From NCBI GenBank assembly GCA_965153285.1, contig OZ229117.1: 64,000 nucleotides of DNA; one strand, 5' to 3'. Made by a program: the position numbers and the translations under genes. Within the stretch, counting starts at the first letter, position 1. Each line of letters begins with the position of its first letter. Shown piece after piece: positions 13,201 to 25,300 of this stretch. A model generated the notes under the pieces. The model made no database searches and was not told the DNA's origin. It saw nothing but the letters and a program-made list of their open reading frames with translations. The DNA comes from Podarcis tiliguerta. Taxonomy: Eukaryota.

Positions 13201-16200
13201 GATATTAATCTGGCAGCAAAAATTTGGAGCCTGAATAAAATAATCTATTCTAGGGGGTGCAGGGATCAATTTAACAGTAACAGTCATGCCCATTAAACTA
13301 GTCCGTGTTGCTTAGAATCAAATTTAGCACATGTCTGAGAGAAATCAGGGTTTCATTTTAGCTGGAAGAGAAAAGAAGAGGGAATGAAATTCAAGAGTCA
13401 GGAGTTCATTGTGATTCTTCAGTTATACGCTAGGGCAAGATGGGGAGTCTTTAGCCTGTGGGCCAAATTTGTCCTGGCGCAGGTTCCAATTTGGCATGCA
13501 CTATTTCTCTCAAACCATGAACTCCTTCCCCACATCTGACAACATATGTCATGTTAGGTATGGGGCAGGTAGAATCGTGGCTGAATTATGCAGAACTCCA
13601 TCATGCAGGTGATACCTGCAAAAAGCAGGCTTGGAGTTGTTGCCCATCAGTTGATTAACCCTCCTAATTAGTGGTGCTTCAGAGAATTTGCAAGCCCTGT
13701 GTACTGTTTTGAAGTCCTGATGATTGGACAGTTGGGGCACCCTGCTCACCTGCCAGATTTGGCCTGCTAGGATAGGATAAATATGGATCTGGCCCACTGG
13801 ACAGATCAAGTTCCTTACCCCTATACTAGGGTACATGGAATACTCGAGTGACTCTACCAAAACAATCTGATCTGAGTTGTGACAATACTCAGTCATGTGC
13901 ACTACTCTTTGAGTAAGGAGCATCTTCCTTAGGATAGCATTTGTGAAGTGCTGCATGCTGTTCCCTGCTGGACATATACTTTAAAGGGTTTAGAACTGCA
14001 CTTCCAAATGGCATTGTGCAGAGTTGCCGGTGCTCTGTGGTTCTCCCCCTCCCCTTTTGTTCCTGGTAGTCCATATTACAATAGGGGATCCGGTTCATGC
14101 AGTCCGAGTGACCCACTTTCAGGGTATAAAGCGTGGGAAAATGATCTTTACTGTGGGTTGGTTTTTAGCATTTTCTGTGCTTTCAGCATTTGCTCTAAGC
14201 AGCAGCAGTAGTGTAGAAAGCTTCCTCCTGAATGCATGCATTTTTGTGATAGGTGCTCTGCACTGTGAGTCAAAGCTCTCCCCCCCACATGGGTACACTC
14301 ACTCCATTGTTTTAAGAGTCAGCCCAGCTCCACGACGTCATGCTTTGCTTGAGGATTTTTATTTTTATTTTTTTAGGAATTTCCCTGCCTTCAGCACCCC
14401 AACGGTCTCCAGGAAGTCTGGCTCCAGGGTCAGTAGGATGTTTTCAATGTCCCACAAATCCCCTCCACCCAAGGTGCCCCAGCCGGAGCGACTCGACGAA
14501 GTGTACGAAGCACTGAAGAAGGGACTGACGTGAGTGATGCTGTTGCCAGAAGTCCCACCCTCTTAACCTGTGGCTTGGGGTGGAGGTGCCTGTTTCATTG
14601 AAAATTGTTTAATGCCATCTTTCTATCACATGTTGATGTTGGAGGCTCCCTAGAATGAATGTTGGAATGCAAACTCACTAGCAGTACAAACCCAACAGTG
14701 GTAGATAGAGCCCAGATCTCAAAGGGGTGGGGCGCCAGCTGCCCAGTGATCATAACAAACACTAACCATAACTAACATGCGTATGCCCCAGCCTTTGCCA
14801 GCCCAGTGTCCTCCAGATGTTTTGGACTACAACTCCCATCAGCCCCAACCAACTTTCTCAGGCCTCTCCCACCTGTAAAAACTGGCCTGTGGAGGGTGGG
14901 ATAGTTTTTTGCCCTGCCTCCCTCTATACACATACAGTATAATATTTCTTCCCACACAACAATGCACTACGTGCCTGCATATTCCCTCTCCCCACCAACT
15001 CTCCACAAAGTATGTTTGAGTCGGTGAGGGTACATGCAGGCAAATAGCCTAGTATGTTTGCTTAAACCTTAGTCTATACCAGTAGCCTTCTCAGTGAAGC
15101 TGGCGAACCGAAAGCTCTGCTGGACACAGCTGAACTGGGCACAGCCTCCTGGGAATCTGGAAGCAAGGATTCTGTTTGGGTCCTTGCTGCCAAGGATAAC
15201 ATCCTGTAGAAGTTTGAATGCTGTCTCCCCATATCTCTTTACTTAAAGGGGAAGAGTCCTGCTGCTTCTGCTTACCCAATTTCTCCCCTAACAGTGCTTA
15301 TCTGGAGGTGCACCAGCTGGAGCTGGAGAAGCTGAGCACCCAAATCCGCGAGTCCAAGAGGAATTCTCGACTGGTGAGTGGAGGGTTGGTGCCAACTAAA
15401 AGCATTCCTGCCCTCAGTGTATGCACTTCATTCTCCCCAGAGTGCAGGACTGGCAATAGTAGAGAGACTGTGACAGGTCAGGGAAGGGAAGGAGCCTTCT
15501 GGTACTGTTTGTTTTGGAGCCTTTGTCCTCTCAGTCAGCATTGGCTTCTGCCATGTTTGTAGCCTCTCAACAGTTCTGATCCTGAGGGAGCTTCCCTAGA
15601 GCTATGGGGCAGACAACAGTTCTTGGGACACATATACTGTACATGCTTTTTGGGAACAGTTGGTGCTGGCCACCAACTTGAAAATGGTGTTCAACAACTT
15701 CATCGGGGAGAAGGATAACAGTAGCAACTGATCTGTGATGAATGGATTTTATATCCCAATATGGGATGCAGTGTGCTACTGAATACAACTTGTTGGTGAT
15801 CGTAAGCAGGAGAAGTCTACTGCATTCATGTTCTGCTTGTGGTATTACCATAGGCATCTCGCCGGCCACTGTGGGAAACTGGATGTTGGATTAAGTAGGC
15901 CTTTGGTCTAATCCAGCAAGGCTCTGTATTCAGCAATCATTTTTTTCTGACCTCTGCCTAACCTTCACCTTCTCCTTGTTTTCTCCTCTAGGGCTTTCTG
16001 TACGATCTTGATAAGGTAAGACATGCTGCGAAGGAAATTGTGCTTGCCATGGATTGCGGGTGGGGGAGGGCTTGCCAACCCGTTGAGTTCTGTATCGCTT
16101 GGATGCGAGACATTGAAGCTTCTGGGCCTTGGGTTGCATCTCTTATCCCTGCCTTTGCTAGCACAGAAAGTCAAGTTACTTGACTTCAGTGATGCTTCTC

Positions 16201-19200
16201 TCCTGCTGCTTCTGCTGCTTTCCTTCAGATGTCACTTCCTGAATCCTTTGTTTGGCTGGCCAACTGCCTTAAGAGCCAAACTAGATGTGACACAGGAGTT
16301 CTGCATCTCTTTTCACTGGTGTTTCTCTTTAATTTAAAAGCTGCCTTGGAAGTCATAATCAAAAGCATGAGAGGGGAATGAAGGAATGCTTAATCCTGCA
16401 TTTCTGATCTCTTCAGCTTCTTTCTCAAATGCAGGGGAAGGTATCCTGGGGGTGGGGGAAGAAGCTTGGGGACGTCTGTTTTGAGCTTTGTACAATGGCT
16501 ATAGACTAAAGAGTCAAGCAGTTTCTCCTGCACCCTGCTGGCCCTTCCTTTGCTCAGACTGGCAGCCTTTGAGGTTGCTTTTGGTTTATAGTGGAGCAGA
16601 TGATAACTTCCCCACCTTGGAGAGGGGTGGAAAGTGGTTCCAAGACAGGTATTGCTACTTTCATAACAAAAGAGTAGGATCGTCTACAAAAGAGTGGATG
16701 TAAACACCCTATCCTGCTCTTTTGCATCTGATAAACAGTTCTTGCAAGACTTTGCATTGTTTCAAAAACATGCAAAACCTGTTTGGTGAGACATGAAGTG
16801 AATAAAAGAAATACCATTAGGTAAATACCTTGCGAAATCTCTCTTGAGCCAGTTGCAACTCTCTTATAAAAACTATTTGCCTATCTCCAGCCTGAGGTTA
16901 GTCTGTGTATTAGCTGCAGCAGAAACCTCTGGTTGTGGGGCCGGGAGAACATAAAGAAATCAAGCGGGCAGTTTTTTCAGTTTTAACTCAGGCATGCCTT
17001 GGCTGAAGCTGCTCTTTTCCAAGAAGTTTCCTTGAGGAACTGAAGGCAAAAATAAAAAAATAAATATGCTAGAAACATAAGGAAAAGGGGTAGTTAATTT
17101 ATCTTTTAAATAGATAATGAAATCTCAAAATAATAATGATAACGTCAAAATGATGAAGTTTCATAGGTAAAGGTAAAGGTACCCCTGCCCGTACGGGCCA
17201 GTCTTGACAGACTCTAGGGTTGTGCGCCCATCTCACTCAAGAGGCCGGGGGCCAGCGCTGTCCGGAGACACTTCCGGGTCACGTGGCCAGCGTGACAAAG
17301 CCGCATCTGGCGAGCCAGCGCAGCACACGGAAACGCTGTTTACCTTCCCGCCAGTAAGTGGTCCCTATTTATCTACTTGCACCCGGGGGTGCTTTCGAAC
17401 TGCTAGGTTGGCAGGCGCTGGGACCGAGCAACGGGAGCGCATCCCGCCGCAGGGATTCGAACCGCTGACCTTTCGATCGGCAAGCCCTAGGCGCTGAGGC
17501 TTTTACCCACAGCGCCACCCGCGTCCCATGAAGTTTCATAGTTAGTTTCTAATCTCTTTTCTTCCCAGTGCTTGACAACAAGGAAACCAGTGTATTTGCT
17601 AAATGTGGTGACTGGGAGAGAAACAGCCATGGGCTAGTCCTCATTACAACTTATATGCATCCTGCACTCTGCCCTAAGCAACAAAAAGCACAGGAAATGA
17701 GCTTTCTCTTTGGGGGTCAGCTTTGCCTGGTGAAAGGATGCTGCATTTGGGCAGGCAGAGGAGGGCAGATGTGTGGTTCCGAAATTTTGAGTTACAAAAA
17801 TGAGAGAAGAAAATGAGCACTTCCAGGCCTCCCTTTTATTTACAGTCTGCCGACCTGGACTTCTCTTTTCATGGGCATATCTGATTAGTGATGGCTTCTA
17901 ATTTGATGGATTTTAAAAAAGAAAAGGAGTTGCATGTTTTTAAGATGTCCTTTCTGTTAAAAGTAGGAGGGGAAGCATTGAAAGTGGGAGCAAACCAACT
18001 AGCTTTTTACTTGGTGCCTAAAAAGTACTTTGCCAGTTTCTCCCACCTTCCTTTCAACCCCGAATGACTTCCTCTTGCCCATAGAACAGCAGCCAGATGG
18101 AAGGACCCTGGCCAGTTGCCCAGTGATTAACCTGAGCTAGGCTATATCTGCCTAGCTTTAAATATTGTTCTCTTGCCAATGAAGATATATATCAGGAACT
18201 TGTTGCTCTAAAACAGATCAGCAAAGGAATCAGTTTAGCCTGTAAGCACCAATACGACATCTATTGCAAATGGAAAGACCCCAATCCTTTCTTGGGCAAG
18301 CTGGGAACATAGAGAATTTCTGGGACCTTGCACTACTTAGTCAGTCGGATTTCCAATTCCTGTCTAATAGGATTTCCTTTTATTGTCTTCACAGCAAGTC
18401 AAGTCGATTGAGCGGTTTCTGCGCCGTCTGGAGTTTCACGCTAGCAAGGTACCAGCCGCTTCTCAGCTTGTAAAACAGAATTTCTGCACTGAGAAAAGCT
18501 CTGTTACCTTTGAATATTATGCAATTTAAGTATGTTTGTATATATTTGCTCATTTTGTATAGTCTCGCCGTGAGGCAGATAGCTATGTAGGGGACCGACG
18601 TTCCAAGCAAAGGAGTCTGTTGTGTTCCCTAGAACACTTCATGTCTGTAGTGGGGAAACTGTGGCACTCTAGGTTATGCTGGGTCCCAGCTCCCATCATT
18701 CCTGACCTTTACTCATGCTAGCTGGGCCTGATGGGAGTCCAGTAACAGTGGGAATGCCATAGGTTTCCCACCTTTGCTTTATGGTGGGAGCAGAGGAGGA
18801 TTTAGGGAAGTGTGGCTGGTTCGGTCACACTGGGCGCAGAGCCGCAGGGGCGGCTACAACTTTGATGTTGAATGGAAGATGGGAGGGGGACATACCAAAT
18901 TTTGGGTTCGCACAGGGTGCCACTGAAATTTGAGACCCTGTTGAATGCTTCCACTGATCTGGGTTTGTGTCAACCAAACTTTCTGCCAAGCATCCCCTAC
19001 AGCCCATCATCCTAGCTCTGTGGTTTACTTCCTAACAGATAGATGAGCTTTACGAGGCCTACTGCATCCAGCGGCGGCTTCGGGATGGAGCTCACAACAT
19101 GGTTAAGGCCTACACAGCTGGTTCACCTGGCAGCAAGGAGGCACGTGAGAGCTTGGCTGAAGCTAGCAAGGGCTACAAAGAGTACACAGAGGTGAGTCAA

Positions 19201-22200
19201 AATGGCCTGGTACTGAGGGAGGAGGAAGGAAATGGAGGAATGAGGACCAGGCTTTGTGTTGGCGGCATTAATGGACAGTTTTTTGGTTTCTCCCCCTTCC
19301 AGAATATGTGTCTGTTGGAGAGTGAACTAGAGAGTCAGTTGGGAGAGTTCCACATCAAGATGAAAGGTACAGAAGAGCAAACAATATGTCATATACAAAG
19401 GGATGTCTGGTGGCCATTTTGTAACTTGAAAAGCAGCTTTGGGAGGGCATAACCCTAAGTGGGTGGGAGGGTTAACCCTTTTTCTTGAAAGCGGATGTTT
19501 TACTCCAGATCCCATATATGAAATTCCAACTGCAAGTTTACCTCCTAAACATGTATCTGCACCCTATCCCACACCTCTTGTCATTTAAGTGGATCAGCAA
19601 AATTGTGGGGTCATGACAGAGGCACTGACATTTTTTTTCCTCTTGCAGGATTGGCTGGCTTTGCTAGGCTCTGTGCCGGAGACCAATATGAGGTTTGTGA
19701 CTTAGAGATGGGCTCAGAACATGTGGAGAGGGAGGGGCTTGGGTCCTGGAAACTAGTTGAATTGGAGTTGACCGAACAGCTTGTTGGAGGGGAATCTGGT
19801 TCCCCAGCACTGATTGCATTAGCTCTTGTCCAGCTCTGATAGGATGCACACCTTGTTTCACGTCCATCCAGTTGATCTGAACTCTCTTATTCCTTGTGGC
19901 AGATCTTCATGAGATACGGGCGCCAGCGGTGGAAGCTGCGGGGCCGCATTGAGGCAAACAGCAAGCAAGTGTGGGACAGTGAGGAGATGATCTTCCTGCC
20001 CCTCATTACAGAGTTCCTGTCCATCAAGGTATCTGGTGCCACTCTGGGCAGCTGGCCCCTGTCACAGGAAAGACAATTCATTTCCTAGGCTTACTGGGCC
20101 TCAACTCTTCCTTCTCCTCCCAGGTAACAGAGCTGAAGAGCTTGGCCAGTCATGTGGTGGTGGGGAACGTCTCTTGTGAAACCAAGGACCTGTTTGCAGC
20201 ACTGCCCCAGGTCGTGGCAGTAGATATCAATGACCTGGGCACCATCAAGCTGAGCCTGGAGGTTAATTGGAAGTGAGTTATTCTCTTGAGGCTTGTTGAG
20301 TTTCTCTGTTGTGGAGCTGTGTTAGAAATGTTCTTGGGTGAGGAAGGTTGTGATCTTACAGAACCTGAAGGGAATGGGCCTGATAGGTGAGGGAACTGGG
20401 GCCATGGTACTATAGATCCTCCTTCCCCAGCTTAGTGCCCTCTAGGTGCTTTGAACTACAACTCCCAACAGCCCATGGCAAGTATAGCGTGCTGACTGGG
20501 ACCAATGCGATCTGTGGTCCAAAGCTTCTGGAAGGCTGTTCTGGATGGTGACTCCCCAAGAGGATTTAATAATGTGTGACCCTCCCTTTCTCTTCTTACA
20601 TCAGTGTACAGGAGGGGTGGTTCACTTTTCTCTCTGAGCACTCTGCTTTCTTTTCACCAGCCCCTTTGACAAAGAGGACCAACCATCATCTGCTAGCACT
20701 GTGACAAAGACATCTACAGTCAACAAGAGATTTTCCACGTACAACCAGAGCCCACCTGATACACCATCTATGCGTGAACAGGCTTTTTATGTGAGTGCAA
20801 AGGAAAAAAACCTGGAAGGGAATCAAAACCCACACTCCTGGTCCTAGTTGGGAGAACTGTAGCTTTCCTAAGTCCCACCAACTAAGTTTGTGGCTGAGAT
20901 GTGGCTAAAAATCAGCAGCCTCCTGGATCGCAGCTCAGACTTTTAGCCACAATGCTATATGAGATGGAGAGATCTTCAGAGCAAGTCCTACTTTGAACGT
21001 ATTGCATTAAGGCATGTGGGAGAAGTGGAGGGGTCAACACTTGTTCTCAGTACAGGAAACCTTAGTTTCTCAAGTCAAGAGTTTTGCATCTGAACCAGGC
21101 CTCTGTCTTGAGCTGAAGAAGTTGAGGAAATTAGTACAGGAAAGGAGAGGACAACATCTGGTTGATAGGAGAAATGTCAGATTATTATTTTTTAAAAAAA
21201 TGCATTTATATCCCAGCATTTCCTCCAAGGAGCTCAAGGTGATGTGCATCATTCTCTCCCTCCTCATTTAATCCCCACAAGAACCCTGTGAGGCAGATTA
21301 GGCTGAGAGGCAGTGATCTGCCCAAGGTCACCCAGCGAGCATCATGGCTGAGCGGGGATTGGAACCCAGGTCTTTCAGGTCCCAGTCTGAGACTCTAGTA
21401 CCCCCACACTGGCAGATCGATCAGTTATAGAAACCAGAGTAGTCCTGATTGCCAGGGAGAAGCACCAGCAGATTGTCTGTAAGGCAAGTGAGTCTCATGT
21501 TGTAATGGAGCTAAGCCCTTGGTGCTGACCGTTGCCTCTTTCTCCGCTCAAGAGCCTGCCACGGGAGGCTCCCCACAAGCACAGGTGGGCCTTGTTGGAC
21601 ATCTTCCGGGAGACTTTCCTAGAGAGGCTGCCGCGGAGCTGCTCATGCAGCGACGTCTCCTCAGTGCAGCTCGGCACAAGGGCACCTCGGGGCTGTGTAA
21701 GTGCTGGCCCTCTAGCTTAGCCTAGTCACCTGATGTAGATGTAGCTGTGCTCTGTCTCCCGTGTGCTAGTCTGTGGTTCCTGTTTCAAGGCCTGAATCAG
21801 AGCTGTGAATAAGGCAAGTGGATTCACTGCAGAATCTTGCCTGTCCCTCTGCCGCTTTGCAGTAGTGAGCAGTGGACTTCCCCTGTCTTCCCAGATTGTG
21901 GTGTTTCGTGGCGATCGTGTGCTTACTTGCTGCTGCCCCTGAAGGCAGGGTGCGGATCATACAGGCTTTTGTCTCCTGCTTTATGTAGTAGTAGATTTCT
22001 TCCTCACACCAGTTTGCCTTCTGTAATATACCAGCCTTCTATGTGCTGCCCATATTCATCATATGGCTGCCTTCTGGTGGATTTGGTGGCTGAGGAAGAG
22101 CTGCCTCCCTGTAGGCCAGGACTTGAGGAACCTTTGACCTTCCAGTTGATGATGATGAACTCCAACTCTCATCATCCCCAGCCAGCATTGCAAATGGTAA

Positions 22201-22267
22201 ATTATGATGGGAGTTGAACATGTGGAGGATGACAGGTTTCCCCTCCCTGCTCTAGGCCTCCCAAGCT

Positions 22268-22311
<44 letters not shown>

Positions 22312-25300
22312 GGCTGTAGCTCAGTGGTAATTCAGATGCTTTGCCCAGAGAATGTACCAGTTTCAATTCCTTGCAGCTCCAGGTACAGCTGGGAATGTCC
22401 CTTATCCCTGGCAAGATGCTATCAGTAAGTGTAGACAATACTGAGCTAGATGGACTATTGGTCTGACTCAGCATGAGGTGGCTTCCCGTGTTCCTCTGTG
22501 TAATTTGTGGTATTTCCAAACTGGAGCAGGTATCTCAAGAAAGGAGGAAATGTAACCTTCAGGGAATTGTGCAACATTCCTTCGTCTGGGGTGCTACCTG
22601 AAATAAACAGTGATTTCCTCCTTGCCTGCCACAAAGATTAGCAGAGAATTGGCATATAATTTGCCATGTGATTTGTGACATGTGGCTCAGTGCTGGGGCC
22701 TGGCAAACAAACAAATCACTCGTGTGTCTCATCTTGGCTGCAATTCCTGCCCTTATCCATGGGTGGTGGATGTATAGAGGAGTGGTGGAAGCTATGTAAA
22801 GAAGCACAAAGGGCTTTGAATAGAAAGGGTTGGGCTGGAGGGCTGGAAGCCAATATCCCTCCAAGCAGCCTGTTAGAGAATGGTTAGGGGCCGAAATGTT
22901 TCTCAGGTGCCTTGCCATCTTGTCGAGGGCACCTTGAGTTGTCACAGCAAACCAAGAACAGGACAGCTAGGAATGATGGCCCTCCTGGCCAGTTCTGGAT
23001 CCAACCCCACTTGCAAGGGAGGTTGATTTAACTGCCCACAAGTAGCTGGGCTGCTGCCCTGGAGTCTTGTCTCCAAGACTGTTGAGATTTGAAGCAGAGA
23101 CTTGCTTTTGTCTGGAAAAGATGCAGCATCACACATCCTGGGCAAGCTGTCTTCTCCAGTGGGGAGCCGAGTCGCAAAATGATGACCAACATTTTGCGCT
23201 TCCTGCTCCTACCAAAGTTGCAGTCTCTCTGATATCCAGCATCTTTCCACCCAAAGGGCACAATCTCCCAAGTTCCTGTTGCTGGCCAAGTGAAGAGAGT
23301 GGGAGCTCAGTTGCAGCCTGGTATAACAATGGAGCTTATCATGGGGGTCAAGGGGCACAAATAAGGAAACTTCAGTGAGCCTGAAGAGTAAAGGAGTGGG
23401 GTGGCGGTGGAAGGAAGTGATGGTGTTATACAGGGGTGTAGGCAGTGACAAATGTTTCCATGCTTGCACACATGCACTATGCTCAATGCATCCCTCGTGT
23501 CTCATCTATGCTGCATTCTTTCCAGAACATGTTGCGGCAGCAGGAGGAGCTTGAGAACGGGGCAGCCTGGTCCATCTCTTCAGAGTCTTCGGATGATTCC
23601 TCTAGCCCACAGCTGTCTGGAAGTGCCCGCCATACACTGCCCAGGCCTATTGTGCAACCTGCAGTACAGGCAACTCCGCCTGCCATAGAAATTGCCTTTA
23701 CGCAACCCGAGGACAAAGAGCCACCAGCCGTTCGCGAGGAGGTGGCTGTGGCTAACGGACATGTGCCCTATGCTCGGACACTTAGTCAGATCAGCGAGGC
23801 TAGTGTGGACCTGCCATTGGCAGAGGAAAAGGAGTGCACTGTCCCCAGAGACTCCAGTCCCAGGGACCTGCCTCCGCTGGAAACGAACTCCTTGCCCCAA
23901 AGTGCAGGCTCAGTGCTGGACACTCAGATCATAGAGGCTGGAGAACAGGAGATTGAGCCTGGTGGGGCCACTCCCACTGTAGAAGGGACTGAGGACACAG
24001 CCTCCCAAGCCCAAGAGGTTGAACAGCCCAAGCTTTCATTGAGCCTGCCGGTCCCAAAGGAGCTTCAGCCAGTGGGACTCTTGGAGCCACCAAAGCCCAA
24101 GCCTGTGGACTGTGGGCTGGAGGAGGCCATCAACTCACTGGCCTCTGCTCTAGATGACTACCGAGGCCAGTTCCCTGAGCTACAGACCTTGGAACAGGAG
24201 CTCAAGCACCTAGAGGAGATTCTCTTGGTGAGTGAGAGGGGGTGAAGAAGACCATGGCTGGGGGAAGGACAGCATCCCTGGATCTGTGTATATTTAGAGC
24301 TGTAATAAAATGTTTTAACCAAACTTTGCTGAATTCTGGAACTTGTGTGAATTGTGCAAACAAACCTCACTTTGTGCATATTTGCTGCTTGTTGTTTGCA
24401 TAATTTGTGCCAACCATAGGGAAGAACAAAAGAATAATTTGTTGGACCCCTGAAGCCTCGCTCCCTGACCGCTGTAAATCCTTTCTAGTGTTCCCACCCA
24501 GTCTGGTGAAGTTACTGTTGCAGATACACATAAGCAGTTAACAAAATAGCAATATGTGTATATAACAAAAAGAAAACTGAGAAACTACAATGTAATATAA
24601 TCCAATGCAATGTAATACAAAGCAGAGCTACAATACAGTATAATAAAACAAGACACCCTCTCCCCCGCCGGAAATGTAACAACAGTTTTTGAAGCACATT
24701 TAGAATCCAGGGTCCCCTCCTTTTTCATCCTCTTGCTAAGGTGCATCCTGACCAACAGAATCCAACACTCAGCCCACAAACAGATACACATAGAAGCCAA
24801 ATTCTGCCTTACATATAGAAGCAAAAGAAATATGGTATGTTCCTTCTTCCCGGCATCCTTAAGTGCAACCTGAAAGCTGCATGGCACCTGAGGAAAATGA
24901 GACTGAATGTCTGCCACCTCCTTCCACATTCCATCTGTGGAGATCAGATGGAGGTTCCCTGGCTTCACTCTCAGCCAAGTTTCTCCCTTTCTCCCCCACC
25001 CCTGGGCCAGCCAGCTTTGTTTACCATCTAGCCTGTTAAAGGGTTCTGGAGAACTTAAAAGCTTGCACACAAGTTTTGTGACATTTTGGTTGTTCTGATA
25101 AAAGCTATTGCCCAAATATTGCTTTTGACATTTTTCTTATGCTTTTATACTTATGAGATTAGAAGATGTCCCCTCCCTACAACTTTCCCCTTAGAAATTG
25201 TTCAGAGTTTCTCACTTCTCGAAGCTACAGCGGCTGCAACCACAGAAGCACAGGTGATCACAGCTTGATCTCATGGCCCAGAGTGTTTTGCTGGCAGACA

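Noticed and set aside
22311-22385. tRNA-like sequence (GGGCTGTAGCTCAGTGG...TTCAATTCC)
   Set aside because: No complete cloverleaf; continues into a SINE body and tail, so it is a SINE head, not a tRNA gene.
24585-25115. 176-aa minus-strand ORF and other 100-160 aa intronic or antisense ORFs (e.g. 55231..55707, 60219..60695)
   Set aside because: No recognisable domains or splice structure; low-complexity or repeat-derived composition.
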